DNA of 64,000 bases. Origin: Hyaloraphidium curvatum SAG 235-1 (lineage: Eukaryota > Fungi > Monoblepharomycota). The stretch's first letter is position 1; each line of letters starts with the position of its first letter. The position numbers were made by a program, and so were the translations under genes. Below, piece by piece: positions 46,005-59,141 of the stretch. The stretch covers positions 124,001 through 188,000 of the forward strand of contig JAIVFI010000043.1 in NCBI GenBank assembly GCA_025558095.1, read 5' to 3'. The notes under the pieces were generated by a model. That model was not told the origin of the DNA. It did no database searches and saw only the letters and a program-made list of their open reading frames with translations.

Positions 46005-47292
46005 ATGCGTTTCGTCGCCGCGTCGTTCATCGCCCTCCTGGGGCTGGCCAACGCTGCCCAAGCCAAGATCGTCCTCTACGTGACGACGCTCTCGGGTGCC
46101 CAGGAAGTGCCTCCGGTGACGACCGATGCCGTGGGCGCCTGCTACCTGGCCTTGGACGAGGCCGCCAAGTTTCTCTCTTCGACTTGCTCGACGAACCTGC
46201 CGGCCATCACGCAATCGCACATCCACAAGGGCGGCATTGGAGCCAACGGGCCGGTCATCGTCCCGCTCACGACCGCGTGGGATGGTCGTGGCTCGAAATT
46301 GGCTGCTGCTGATAGCCACCGCCTCGGCAGCACCTCGGGCATTTTGACGCAGGTCAACGTGACGAACGTTACGTCCGATGTGATTCAGGGTGGGCTGCTC
46401 CTTTCTCTCTTTTGGCTGATCGCACCTCTCAACTGTTCTGTTTCTGTGACTCGCTGTTGTCTTCTTCGCGAACCCCACCTCCCCCTTATCATTCGGTGCG
46501 GGCCTTCAGCAATCTCGACGGGCGATGCCTACTACAATTTCCACACGACGGCCAACCCCAACGGCGAGATCCGCGGCCAGATTCTCCCTCAGAACTCGAT
46601 CGACACGACTTCTCCGGCATACGCTTACGCCTATGGCGGAGTTCTGACCGGTGCTGCCGAGATCCCACCGGTTAACACCACCGCCATAGGCTACGGGTTC
46701 GCTCAGGTACGTGGCCTCAAGTGCTCTGCTGTGCCCGACCATGTGACTGAAGGCTTCGCTAGATCAACCCCGTCACGAACAATCTCACCGTTCAGATCAT
46801 CACCACTCTTGACAACATCACCCAGTCGCACATCCATCTCGGCAATTCCACCACGAACGGACCGGTTCTCGTTGCGCTCTCTGGACCCGTTACCGACGGC
46901 GTGATCCAGGCTGTAAGATCGCCTCTTTGGTGCCGCAGCGGACTCGAGCTGATGGCTTGCCACAGGTCGTCCCCCTGAACGCGAATCTGACAGCTGCCAT
47001 CACTACCGGCAACGCTTACTTCAATGTCCACACGCCTGCTCACCCCGGTGGTATGTTTCAATGACTCTGCATCCCTGGTTGAGTCCTGACATGATTTGCA
47101 GGCGAGATCCGCAGCCAAATCGTCCCCCTCTCGTCCCTCACCGGCATTCCCGTCACCAACGGCACTGCCACCACCGTGACGGCCACGACCGCGGCTCCCA
47201 CCACCACTTCGAGGCCCGCCGCGGCCGGAAAGGCTGCCGTCGGTGCCTGGTCGGCCGGCGCCGCCGCGCTGATCGCCGCCGCCATGGCCTGA
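46005..47292 (+). CDS. Secreted, probably GPI-anchored protein with two CHRD domains (multi-exon)
   Basis: LSGAQEVPPVTT, SHIHKG...NGPV, YYNFHTTANPNGEIRGQI; second copy LTGAAEIPPV...YFNVHTPAHPGGEIRSQI; T-rich linker and hydrophobic C-terminal tail. Confidence 0.8.
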
Positions 47293-47526
47293 TTGCCGCT
47301 TGCTCCTCTTTGGTTCCCTTTGAGTTAAGTCGTAGTCTTTGAACGTAACATAAGGTGTATGTAAGCGGGATTGATGGAAGATTCGGAAGTCGATCGGCGG
47401 AAGCCGCAACAACGCCGCAACATCCGCTGGCTGTGCACCGGAAATCTGTCGAGCCATTGCGCGGCCAGCGGCGCGTCGGGTACCGCATCCACATCGAATC
47501 TCGCGTTACCACACGTCTAGAACGCG

Positions 47527-49377
47527 ATGGCGTGGCTCATTGCGAACACGGTGCTGCGTAGGTGCCATTCCTGGCGTCTCCCGCCGCGGAATCCCAACCG
47601 AACCCGGGACCGCTCCAGTCGGCGTGGACATTGCGACGACCATAGGCTACGTGATTAGCGAGCAGGTCAGCAGGAATGTCGAGTCTTCGTCAGAGTCCCA
47701 ATCGGATTCTTCCGAGTCGGAGGACGAACGGCGGAAGCGCAAGGCACAGAAGGCCCAGGCGGCCAAGGCTCCACGGCCTCCGGCCCCTGCGGGACCCTCC
47801 TCGGGCGGGCCGCCGTCAGCTCCACCGCCAGTCGCCTTTGCTCCTCAGCTGGAAAAGGGCCAGGCCCCCGGCGTCGTCAGAGGAGGCTCGGCCGACGTCG
47901 TGATCATCGGAGCCGGCATTTCCGGGCTCTCTGCCGCCGAGGCGCTCAGAAAGGCCGGCTTTCGGTGCCTGCTTGTTGAGGCTCGGGAGCGGCTGGGTGG
48001 ACGTATCTGGACGGACCGGAATCTGGGGATCCCTATCGATGTCGGCGCATCCTTCATCCACGGAGCGAGTAGCAAGAATCCCGTTTACGCGTTAGCGACG
48101 GCAAGCAAGCAACCGGTATCAGACAAAGTCGACTGGGACAATTTCGAGGCTTACGACGCCAACACGGGGAGCGAGGTTAAGGAGAAGCTCCTCGAAAAGG
48201 CGTACGACGAAACCGTCAAGGCCCTGAAGAAGGTGCATCTCGTTTCGCCCGACAGCGTGTTCAATAGGCTCCGTTTCGGGCTCCTAACTTCTCCGCTACC
48301 TTCTATCCCAGGCCCGAGAGGCGGCCAAGAAGCTGTCGTCCGACATTTCCATCGCCGACGCTCTCGGCCGCGCCGGCGTCAAACTCGACCCGCTGATGTC
48401 CTTCTATCTCGACATGGAGATCTCCTCCGACTACGCTGCCCCCCTGTCGGACCTCTCCATGCTCAACTTTGACCGCGACGACGAGTTTTCCGGCGGTGAC
48501 CGGATCCTCCCGGCTGGTTACGATCGAATCGCGGTGGAAGTCGCGAAATCCGCGCAGGCGGACATTCGGTACCTTCAGGAGGTCCGCACTGTGAGGCAGA
48601 CAGCGGCAGGTGTGGAGGTGATCACGGCTGGAGGGATAGTGTACTCGGGTGCTGCGGCCATCTGCACGGTGCCCCTGGGGGTTCTGAAGGCGGGAACGAT
48701 CGCGTTCGGTGCGTATCTCCCGCTACACTCCAGTAATCTCAAGGCTGACGGTGCCCATCCGCGCACAGAGCCACCGCTTCCTGCCGACAAGGTGCAGGCG
48801 CTGTCGATCATGAAGATGGGCGTCTTGGGCAAGATGGTGATGAGCTGGCCTGCTGGTAGCAAGCCGTTTTGGGACCCCAAGCTGGACTGCCTTTCCTTCG
48901 TCTCCGGCGCACCGAACGTGCCGAACCTCTGGTTCAACGCCTCCAAGGGAGGCAAGTTCAACCGGCCCGTGCTGATCGGTTTTGCCTACGGCAGCGCGGC
49001 AATCGCCATGGAAGACACAGCGCAAAAGGTTTGCGCACACGAACCGCACTAGGAGCACTCTGACGTCTTTCAACTCCCAGACCGCCCTCGTCGCCTCGAT
49101 CGTCGCCATGTTCCGCCGCGCGTACGGGTCCAAGATCGCCGATCCCGAGGCCGTTTTCTGCACGGCATGGCACGATGACCCCCTCTCCCGTGGTTCGTAC
49201 TCGATCCCCGCCGTTGGCTACACCAAGAGGGTCAACGACGCCCTGTCGGCGGCGCACGGGAGGGTGCTGTTTGCGGGCGAGCACACGTCGGACCAGTACC
49301 GTGCGACGGTGCATGGGGCGATCCTGGAGGGGAGGCGGGCGGCGGCGGAGGTGGCGAGGATACTGCCGAGGAAGTGA
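47527..49377 (+). CDS. Flavin-containing amine oxidase (polyamine oxidase/LSD-type amine oxidase domain), multi-exon
   Basis: VVIIGAGISGLSAA, EARERLGGRIWT, GASFIHG, TVPLGVLK, WHDDPLSRGSYS, LFAGEHT, TVHGAILEGRRAA. Confidence 0.9.
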
Positions 49378-49441
49378 GGCTCAGTTGCGAAGGCAGTCAC
49401 GAGGTGTATCGCTCTACTGTATTCCCTCTCTATGATCGTTC

Positions 49442-50413
49442 CTACTTGCTGACTGTAGCCGCCGCCCGGATGTCCGCGATCCTCTTGTGGGCTTCGTCGA
49501 AGAAGTTTGTCCCCGTGCTGACTCGCGAGATGAGCCCCTCGAAGTCATACGGGTCCAGGTACTTCCTCATCTGGCCGCCTTCACCCGAAACCACGATCCC
49601 CGCGCCCCTCAGGTCCTCGTCCTCGATGCACGCCACGAACGCGTCCACGACGGCCTGAATCGGCGTCCACCCGGCCTCCATGGTCAGCAGCTCCTCCGAG
49701 AACGGGTTGTCCGCCTCGAGCATCGGCGTGAGCACCCATCCCGGGCACACGCTGTTGCACCGGATCGGCGACTTTGCCAGTCCGGCCTCGGCGGCGCGCA
49801 CTTCGAGCAGCCCCTGAAGCCAGTTCGTGAACATGAGCACGCCCGCCTTGGCCAAAGCGTAGCCGACGTAGGGGCCCCCGTTGACCACGTGGAAGGCCCC
49901 GTGCAGGCCCGCGGTGGAGGAGGTGGCGACGAAGACGCCCTCGGTGCCGGCCGAGAGCCAGTGGTTGGCGGCGAGCTTGCCGAGGAGTATCGTGCCGTGC
50001 AGGTTCCCGGTCAGGTCGAGCAGCCATTCCGAATCGGGCGCGTCGAGGAAGGAGGTCTCCTTGATGAAGCCCGCATTGGCGATGACCACGTCGCAGCGGC
50101 CGAACGCGTCCAGGGCGGAGGAGAACGCGCGGCGGACCGATTCGAGGTCGTTGATGTCCATCTTCTCGAAGCGGAGGTCCGCCTCGGACACTCCGTACTT
50201 GTCCCTCATTTCCGGAAGCACCGCCGCCGCCGTCTTTTCATTCCTGTTGGCGATGGTCAACCTCGCGCCCTTCGAGAGCAGCCGCTCGGCGACGCCGCGG
50301 CCGATGCCCTGGGAGACGCCGCGTCAGGGCGGCAGGTGCGCCCGGCGCGGGATCGGAGCCACCTCGGTGCCTCCGGTGAGGAACACGACGCGTCCTCGCA
50401 CGTCGAACGGCAT
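49442..50413 (-). CDS. Short-chain dehydrogenase/reductase (15-PGDH-like); one intron
   Basis: TGGTEGIG (spliced), DVVIANAG, TSS, YALAK, NSVCPGWVLTPM. Confidence 0.9.
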
Positions 50414-51072
50414 CGCGAGCAGGATCGACGACGGATGTGGGCGACGATCGGGCGATCACTTCCGGCGCACCCGCGCAGCAGCCGCAATCAGCCGGACTGC
50501 GTGCTCGAGAGCGCCTAGTTCGGCGCATGGGCGGTGGGACAAAAAGAGCCGGGCGCGGTATCTCGTCGATCCTGCAACTCAGACTGGCCGCGAAATTGCC
50601 CTCCACTCCAAGCGGGTCTGGTGTTGATAACCGCGCGCCATACTCACAATGCCCAGCCGTGAGACCTAGATCGCTCCACGGTGGCTTCACCCGTGATGCG
50701 ATGATGCGATCCACACCGACCGTCCGACATTCCTCGGGTTTGGGTTGCCGTCGGCGGCGAGTCGGAGACCCGACAGCGGCAACCCGACACCGCCCGCAAC
50801 ACAGCAATCGCCGTTTCGCAGCTGATTGCCGGCTCGCTCCGCACGTCTTCCGGAGTGGGCGGATCACCCATTGATCGCCAGTCCGTCCGACTCCCCGGCC
50901 TGCGATTCGGCCTGCGATTCGCTCCGCTTGGCGCATCGCCAAAACCGATGCCGTAGTGGCAAGTGTCGCCGTTTGCCGCCGTCGCCCGATCGGGCCGAGC
51001 CCATCAGCCGGCCGTCCCGACCTGCCGCATCGCCCATCGCGCCTCGCCGCAAACTCGCCGCCCAACACCGCG

Positions 51073-51821
51073 ATGCGCCTGCCCGCAATCGTCTTCGCCT
51101 TCGGGCTGCTCGCCGCGCTGGCGCCCACCCGCGTCCTCCCCGGCGGCGCTCTCGCTGCGCCGCTCGAGATGGCGCCGGCCGAGCAGCCCGCACTGTTCGC
51201 GAGGAGGGAGGGGTCGTCGGGCGGCGGGAGCGAGTCGGGCGGAGGCGGCGGCGGAGGAGGAGGAGGAGGCGGTAGCGGCGGTGGCGGCAACGACGCCACG
51301 ACCGAAACGGTGCGTTTCTCCAGGTCGACGTCTCGTCATGGCCTGAACCCGCCCCGCCCTCCAGAAGTCTGAGGCCACCGAAACCAAGTCCGAGGCCACC
51401 GAGACCAAATCAGAAGCCACGGAGACCAAGTCCGCGGAGGCCACCGAGACCAGGGGCCGCGGGCCCGAGCCGACCGAGAGCGAGACGCACAGGTCGGGCA
51501 GCACGAGCAGGACCAGCAGGACGACCCGCACGAGCCGTTCCACGAGCCGCACGACCCGGACGACCCGCTCTTCGTCCAAGAAGAGCACGAAAAAGACGGT
51601 GCGTTGCTCTTGCGTAGGCAGCTCCTTCATGTGCTGACCCGCCCGTCCAGACCAGGACCTCGTCAAAGACCTCGTCCAAGTCCACGAGGAAGGCCGCCAC
51701 CTCCAAGACAAGCTCCAGGCGGAGCACGTCGAGGACCACAAGGACCTCGAGGACCTCGCGGACGTCTTCGAGGACGCGGACGGCCACCGGCACCCGCGTC
51801 GCGCGCTGGTGGTTCTTCTAA
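51073..51821 (+). CDS. Small secreted low-complexity protein (Gly tract, KSEATET repeats, Arg/Lys/Ser/Thr tail ending RWWFF); 3 exons
   Basis: Signal MRLPAIVFAFGLLAALA; ACG|GTGCGT introns restore the frame; stop at 51819-51821. Confidence 0.6.
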
Positions 51822-51969
51822 GCTCGGAAGCTGGACTTCCTCTCACATTCGACCTGTATTTGCTGGTGCACGTAGAATCAACTTGGTCGAAGCAAACTAT
51901 GATCGATTGCGGTCCAGCTGCGAGGCAGCCTAGCAAATACAACAACACCTTTGGCCCGCCACACCATGC

Positions 51970-53341
51970 CTATTTGCAGAAAATGTCCACGATCGGCTTC
52001 AGGAAGGCGAGATAGTCGATCTCGGTGATAGCGCAGAGGTTATAGGGGATCGCCGCATCGGGTGAGAGCGGGTACTTTACGTATGTTTTGAGCAGCAGCT
52101 CGGCGAGCTCCAGCGCCGGCACCTGCTTTGCCTTGGGCAGGATCCCTCTGGCGTCCATGTCGGCGCGCAGGATGCCCAGGACGTGCGAGACGTTCCACGC
52201 GTTCGCGGGCATCTGGTCCCGCTCGAACTGCTCGAAGTCCTCCCTCGACTTGAAGCAGCGGCACCGGTACACGGCCGAGAACCGGAGCTCGTCCTCGGGG
52301 TACGTCGCCATCACCTTGCCGTCGCTCTTGACGTCCCAGAAGTGCTCGCCGCCTTCGTTGCGGTACTCGAGGGTGTTGCGTGCCACGCGGGGGAGCACAG
52401 GGGGGAGGCGCCAGGGCATGTAGACGGCGGCGGCGTGGATGACCTTGCTGCCGTCTACCGAGTTGGCGCTGCGCGAGATGGGCAGCGAGATCTGGGGCTT
52501 GCGCGAGACGGGGTCGTTCCAGAAGAGGAACTTGCCGGCGCGCTCGTCGGTCCACTTGTGGTAGTAGGCCACGATCTGCACCTGGTCCACGAAATCCTCC
52601 TTGAAAAGGCCGGAAAAGTGCATCACCGCCAGTAACCACTGGGGCATGTGGAACCGCGATGCCTTGCGGAAATAGACAGCGTCCACGTGCGTCGCCACTG
52701 TCTGGCCGGGCACCTGCACCACGTAGTTGAACTGGAACGGATCCAGGTACGGCTTGCCCGGCGGACATATGTTTTCGGCGAACTTGACCATCTCGGGCGC
52801 CTCGAGCAGCCGCTTCGTGACGTCGACGTTCTTGTAGTCCAGGATGTAGTGCAGGAACGGCTGCACCCGCGACACCAGAACGTCCTTTTCCTCCTTCTTG
52901 GCCTCGGGGCCGCCCGTCACAAGGTAATGCCTGCCGACGTCGACGCGGCCGGGCAGGACGCATCTCGTTCCCGAGTTGTCGAGCGCCAGGAGTCCGTGCG
53001 GGCACGTCTTGGCGCCGGTCTCGGGATCAATCGTTGCCGGGACAGCTTCGCCGATGTTGTCCTCGACCGTGGCAAAGACCGCCGGCTCCTTGGTCGACGA
53101 GAAGATGGGCGAGGCCTGGCACGGAACGCGTCAACGCGGCCGTTTCCCGGGCATCGCGGCGAAAAGTCACCTTCCGCGTGTTCTCCAAAAGCTCCTCGAC
53201 GATTTCCGGCGACAGGAAGTTCTCCTTGTCCACGAGAGTATGGTTCATGAGATGGGCCGGGATCGGAGTTCGGTCGACGAATCTGCCGATGTTGGCTGCC
53301 GCGGCGGCCGCAAGCACGCCGAGGATCGCGAGCACCCTCAT
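51970..53341 (-). CDS. Secreted uncharacterised protein, possible 2OG-Fe(II) dioxygenase fold
   Basis: Signal MRVLAILGVLAAAAAA; PGQTVATHVDAVYF (HxD) ... VDGSKVIHAA (distal His). Confidence 0.55.
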
Positions 53342-53947
53342 CGTGCGCGCGTGGCGGACGTGATTGGCACCCCGGAAGGGTAGACAGGCGGCCAACGGAC
53401 GTGAAGAGACAGGGTCCAGCCGAGTTGTCAGGGCTCTGTGGCGACTTCGCACACTCAATCCAAGACAAATGCAGCTTTCCTTGATGCGAGCTAAGAATCA
53501 ACCGTATCGTACAAGCGTCGAGCGATCTGTGAGCAAGCGGAGGGTCGGTGGGCTTGATTGCCGCTATTCCTAAGGATCAGACGGTGCAGGTTCGATGTTG
53601 CCAACTTGCGAGCGGTGAAGCTTGGCAGTCGAATAATTTGGCTCTTCTCGGATGTAGTCCGTCGCATCATGGCTAGAGCTACAATCGGCCGCACCGTTCT
53701 CCTAGTGCGTATCTCATAAGCCTCCTGACTTCCGCGCTGTCACCTTCCAATCCTCAGTCTGTGAGGTCATTCACCTGGATTCGTGTTTTCTTCACTGTTT
53801 TCTCTTCGTGGGTTGGCACCGATGTGTGGGTATAGCCCGCGCCTGCGAGGCGAGGTCGGCGGCGGTGATCGCGACACAATCGCGACACGAGTCGACAAGG
53901 TCTCGGTCGTGTCTCCCGCCCATATCACTCCCGCGTTCCCATAAATC

Positions 53948-55332
53948 ATGGACGCCGCGAAGCGCTTCGCCACGGAGCACCCGTACCTGGCGGGCGCAGC
54001 CGCGTCGCTCGCCCTCCTCGCCGGATACCGCGTTTTAAATGCCCCGCGCCCGGTGGACGCCACCGGGAAGGTCGTTGCCGTTACGGGCTGCGACAGCGGT
54101 TTCGGCAGGCTCGTGATAGGCCGGCTTGCGGCCAAGGGATACAAGGTGGTGGCGGGGTTCCTGACGGAGGACGGGATGAAGCAGGCGCTCTCCGATCTGG
54201 GAGACAAGGTCGTCGGCGTCCGTCTGGACGTGACCAAGCAGGATCAAGTGAGTGGTTACCTGGTGTACAACCGTAGGGAGTCCAATTAATTGGTTCAGGT
54301 GGACGCGTTCAGGGCCAAGGCGGAGGAGGTGTCGGCCGGCAAGGGGGTATGGGCCGTTGTGAACAATGCAGGCGAGAATGCCGCCGTCAGTGCCTCGTTT
54401 TCGGTGCTGACCGGTCTAAGACAGGAATATTCAACAACTTCCTCGCTGAGGCCACCGACATCGAGCAGGACAAGCTCACTTTCGAGGTCAACGTGTTCGG
54501 CGTCCTCCGCGTCACACGGGCTTTCCTGCCGCTTCTCCGGGCGTACCGCAAAGCCGATCGCGCGGGACCAAAGCCCAGAGTCGTCATGATTTCGTCGGTG
54601 GCCGGCCTGGTCGCCGTTCCCAGGCACGGCGGTTACTGCGCTAGCAAGGTCAGTTGCCTGCGAAAATCTTTCCCGAGCGGTCTAGATTAACCAACGTCAT
54701 TCATCAGTGGGCGCTCGAGGCGTACACCTCCATCCTGCGCCAGGAGGTAGCTGTCTTCGGCATCGACATCGTGTCCATCAACGTGGGTCCATCGAAAGCT
54801 CGCCACGCAGCTGCTCGCAGAAGTCGCTGATCACCGACACCATGGCAGCCGACCTACGCGCGCACGCCCATCATCGACAGCATTCGTTCCGGGGGCACCG
54901 CGGCACCCGTGTTCGAAGCCAACCAGGTCGCCATGAAGAACGCGCAGAAGATGTACGACAACTCCAAGGATCTGCAGGCGGTGTACCCGCCCGAAATCGT
55001 CCAGAAGCACGCCGATCACTGGACGTTCCTGATGGAGAAGGGCTACGATCCCGCCACGGGCTGCCCGCTCTTGGCACCCGAGGAGATCGTGGACCGGATG
55101 ATGGACGCGGTGGAGCTGGATCGGCCGCCGCTGAGGTTCGTCCCTCGCTGTTGCGTGACCCAGCCTTTATGTTGACCGATTTGTCGGCCTTAGGTACGTG
55201 GTCACGCCTCTCCAGTTCCGCCCGGTGATCTTCCTGCTGCGGTCCCTGTCGGACCGGCTCCTGACGTTGGCCGGAATGACTACGGAGAAGCAGGCGGGGG
55301 TGTGGCCGCGGGAGGAGTGGGTCATGGCTTGA
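53948..55332 (+). CDS. SDR, retinol/17-beta-HSD/BDH1-like (multi-exon)
   Basis: [38 protein letters not shown]. Confidence 0.85.
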
Positions 55333-55607
55333 TCGGAAGTAGGAGAACCTCGAGGACGTCATGGGAACGGGGAGTCGCATGTTGGTTGCCAATTGTGTCG
55401 GCTGGATTAAGCCGTGAAACCGAGCTGGGATGTTCAGATGCAGCGTCCTCATCTTTCTCCATCGTCACGATTGCGGCAGCGTGGTGTATCGATGACTGTC
55501 TCACGCCGGAGAAGGCGGGATTGGAGGAGCCGACGCCCCCCGACGCTACTCCCGCCGCCCGCACCCAAAACAAATCTCCCCGGAACGACACGGCCCCCGC
55601 TCCCGCG

Positions 55608-57978
55608 ATGCGCGGCCGATTCCCCCTCCCGCGGCCCTCCGCAGCACGCCACGGGCGCCGCGGACTGGCCACGGCGGCCTCGCAGAACCTGGTGGAGAAG
55701 ATCGTGCAGCGGTACGCGGTCGGGCTCGCCCCGGGCGCGAGAGTCAAGCAGGGGGACTTTGTCTCGATCCGGCCCGAGAATGTGATGACGCACGACAATA
55801 CCGGCGCGGTGATGAAGAAGTGCGTCGTCTGGAATGTGCTCCGGGCGGGACGGGAGGCTGATTTCCGGGACGGCGGTGGCTACCGCGGCGGGGCTCGTTT
55901 CTGCGCGACTCTCCCTCCTGGTCGCCAGATTCAAGGACATCGGAGCTGCCAAGATGTTTAACCCGCGGCAACCGGTGTTCACTCTGGACCACGACGTGCA
56001 GAACAAGACGGAGCAGGTCCGTCGTTCTCGGTGCGCAAGGTCCTCCCTTCGGAACCTGACGCGGCCCGACAGAACCTGAAAAAGTACAAGTCGATCGAGG
56101 CCTTTGCCAAGTCCCACGGCGTTGACTTTTACCCGGCGGGCCGCGGGATTGGGCACCAGGTCATGGTCGAAGAGGGTGCGTTCCCAGCGTGCCCTCGCTC
56201 GACCTTTCCTCTGAACCCCTGCACCCCAGGCTACGCCTTCCCCGGTACGCTGACCGTCGCCTCCGACTCCCACTCCAATATGTACGGTGGCATCGCCTCC
56301 CTCGGCACCCCCATCGTCCGCACCGACGCCGCCGCCATCTGGGCCACGGGCCGCACGTGGTGGCAGCTCCCTCCCGTCGCCCTCGTGGAGCTCACGGGCC
56401 GGCTCCCGCCAGGCGCGACGGGCAAGGACGTGATCGTCACTCTGTGCGGCGTGTTCAACAAGGACGAGGTGCTGAACCACGCGATCGAGTTTGTCGGCGA
56501 GGGCGCGGCGTCGCTCTCGGTCGACGAGAGGCTGACGGTGGCCAACATGACGACCGAGTGGGGCGCGCTGGCGGGGGTGTTCCCGTTCGACGGGGTGCTG
56601 GCGGACTGGTACTTTGCCCGCGCCGAGCGGATGAAGGGGCACCCGCGGCTCACGCCGGGGCGGATCGAGGAGGCGTGGAAGGGCAGGCTGGAGCCGGACG
56701 CGGGGGCGCGGTACGCCAAGCACCTGACGCTGGATTTGTCGACCGTGTCGCCGTACCTGAGCGGGCCCAACTCGGTCAAGGTGGCGTCGCCGCTGGCCGA
56801 GCTCGAGAAGAAGGACATCAAGGTTCGTTCCTCGGCGGCGTGGCAGACACCGACGGCTAAGCTGCCCCGGATCTTCAGATCCAGAAGGCCTACCTCGTCT
56901 CGTGCGTCAACTCGCGCGCCTCGGACCTCCGCGCCGCCGCCGCCATCTTTGCCGGCGGCAAGAAGGTCCACCCCGACGTCGAATTCTACGTCGCCGCCGC
57001 CTCCTCCGAGGTCCAGGCCGACGTCGCCTCGACCGGCGAATGGCAGGCACTCCTCGACGCCGGCGCCCGCCCCCTCCCCGCGGGCTGCGGCCCCTGCATC
57101 GGCCTCGGTACGGGCCTGCTGAAGGACGGCGAGGTGGGCATCAGCGCCACCAACCGCAACTTCAAAGGGCGGATGGGGTCCCCGCTCGCGCAGGCGTACC
57201 TGGCCTCGCCGGCGGTGGTGGCGGCGTCGGCGATCGCGGGGAGGATCGCGGGGCCGGCGTCGCTCGAGGGGAAGAGCGTGCCGGTAAAGTACGGGATCGT
57301 GGATGACGGCGCGGCGGAGCCCGAGGCGGCGGCTGCGCCGCCGGCGGAGGAGGAGCCGGTGCCGGGCTTCGAGCCCGTCATCTCGGGCGAGATCCTGTTC
57401 TGCGACACGGACAACCTCAACACGGACGGCATCTACCCGGGCAAGTACACGTACCAGGACGACTTTCCCTACGAGCAGATGGGCAAGGTGGTTATGGAGA
57501 ACTACGACACCGAGTTTGTGGCCAAGATGAAGCCCGTGGGTGCTTCGCGGCCGGGCATGCGCATCCCACCGACCTGACGCTCCCTGTCGAGCAGTCCGAC
57601 ATCCTCATCAGCGGCACCAACTTCGGCACCGGCTCCTCGCGCGAGCAGGCCGCCACCGCCTTCCTCTCGGCGGGCTTGCGCCTCGTGATCGCGGGCTCCT
57701 TCTCAGAGACGTACAAGCGCAACGCCATCAACAACGGCCTCCTCGTCCTCGAGACCACCGGCATCCTGCGCGACCTCCGCGCGGCGTTCCCTCCGGGGGA
57801 GAAGACGCGGCGGACGGGGTGGAATGCGACGATCGACCTCGTGAAGGGAACCATGGACGTGCAGACCCCTGCAGGGGCGAAGAGCTACGCGCTGCCGCGC
57901 GTGGGCCGGGCGGCGCAGGAGCTGCTCGTGGACGGCGGGCTGGAGAACTGGGTCAAGAAGCGGATAGCGTCCGAGTAG
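55608..57978 (+). CDS. LYS4: Homoaconitase, mitochondrial (multi-exon)
   Basis: [93 protein letters not shown]. Confidence 0.95.
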
Positions 57979-58140
57979 GACGCGCCGTGAGTGGATGCAG
58001 GCCGGCGTTTGCATGTGGAGGCGTCGCGCGGCCGTGCGTTCGAGGTAGATAGAATGGATGTATTCCCGCGCCGTCGCGGCCCAGCGACCGGCGCGACCTA
58101 CACCGCGGATCCCGATGGCATGTTCCGGCGGCCGGCAGGT

Positions 58141-58883
58141 TTACTCCTGCCCGGGGGGCCAGATCTTGAAGCGGATGAGCTCGCCGTCTGGGTCACACGC
58201 GTCAGCGTCAGCGCGGGGCGTTCCGGGCGGCAAGGAAGGCAGGAGACCCACAGATGAACGGCACGGCGAAGAAGACCACGGGCACGCCGTAGATCCAGAC
58301 CTTCATCCAGCCCTTCTTGGCGGTGTTGAAGGGCATGGCTGCGGGCGGGGGTGGGTTAGCAAGGCGTTCCAAGGGTGTCCGGCGGGGTCCCCCGGGGTCC
58401 GGGCCGGCGGAGAGGGGTTCCCCCAGTGCGAGGGCGGGCAGCCGGGTTCGCATCCGCCCGGATGGCCCCCCGTGGGCCTGCCCCCGTCCGTTGTCGGGTC
58501 GCCCCCCGCATCCCGGCCCCCCCGCCCCCCTCCGCCGCATCCGCCCCGGATCCCCTCCGCCACTTCACGAGAGACGCACCGCCGTAGTGGTGGTTGTTGT
58601 CGAACACGTAGGGCGAGGAGTGGCCGTGGCCCGAGGCGAAGCGCCTGCCGGCGACGCGCTGCGCGGCGCGGACCGACTGCGAACCGTCAGCACCGACAGC
58701 GCGCGGGAGCAACGACAGAGACCCACGAGAGCGCTGCCGAGCACGCGCGAGGAGGCGGCGGCGAACTGCGGGCGGTGAGTAAGCGTGCGCCACGCGGGCA
58801 CGGCGGGCCGAGGGGGGGCGGGGGAGCCGCGCCCGCCCGGCCGGGGGCTGGCAGGCAGCGCGGCTGGCCCTGGAACGCACCAT
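58141..58883 (-). CDS. Cytochrome c oxidase subunit VIIc-like small mitochondrial protein (5 exons; first coding exon is ATG only)
   Basis: Spliced: M-FAAASSRVLGSAL-SVRAAQRVAGRRFASGHGHSSPYVFDNNHHYA-MPFNTAKKGWMKVWIYGVPVVFFAVPFIY-GELIRFKIWPPGQE. Presequence plus the PF..K...F..PF pattern. Confidence 0.65.
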
Positions 58884-59141
58884 CGTGGCCGGCTGCGGGG
58901 CGGGGCTGTGGGGACGGCCTTTGCCTGGTCAGCAGGAGCAGGCAGCGGGGCCAGGCGCGCCAAACTCAACTCCACCAGGACGATGCCCACCCGCTACCCA
59001 GCTCCCAGCCTGCTGCAGACGTGACGTACATTCCAAGAGAATTAGATTCCATTACACTGCTCGCTTTAACCCCCTCCCGCTCTCTCTATCCGCGAACCCC
59101 GGATGCGATCGCGGCCCCTCCAACGACCGCCTCCGCCCCCT

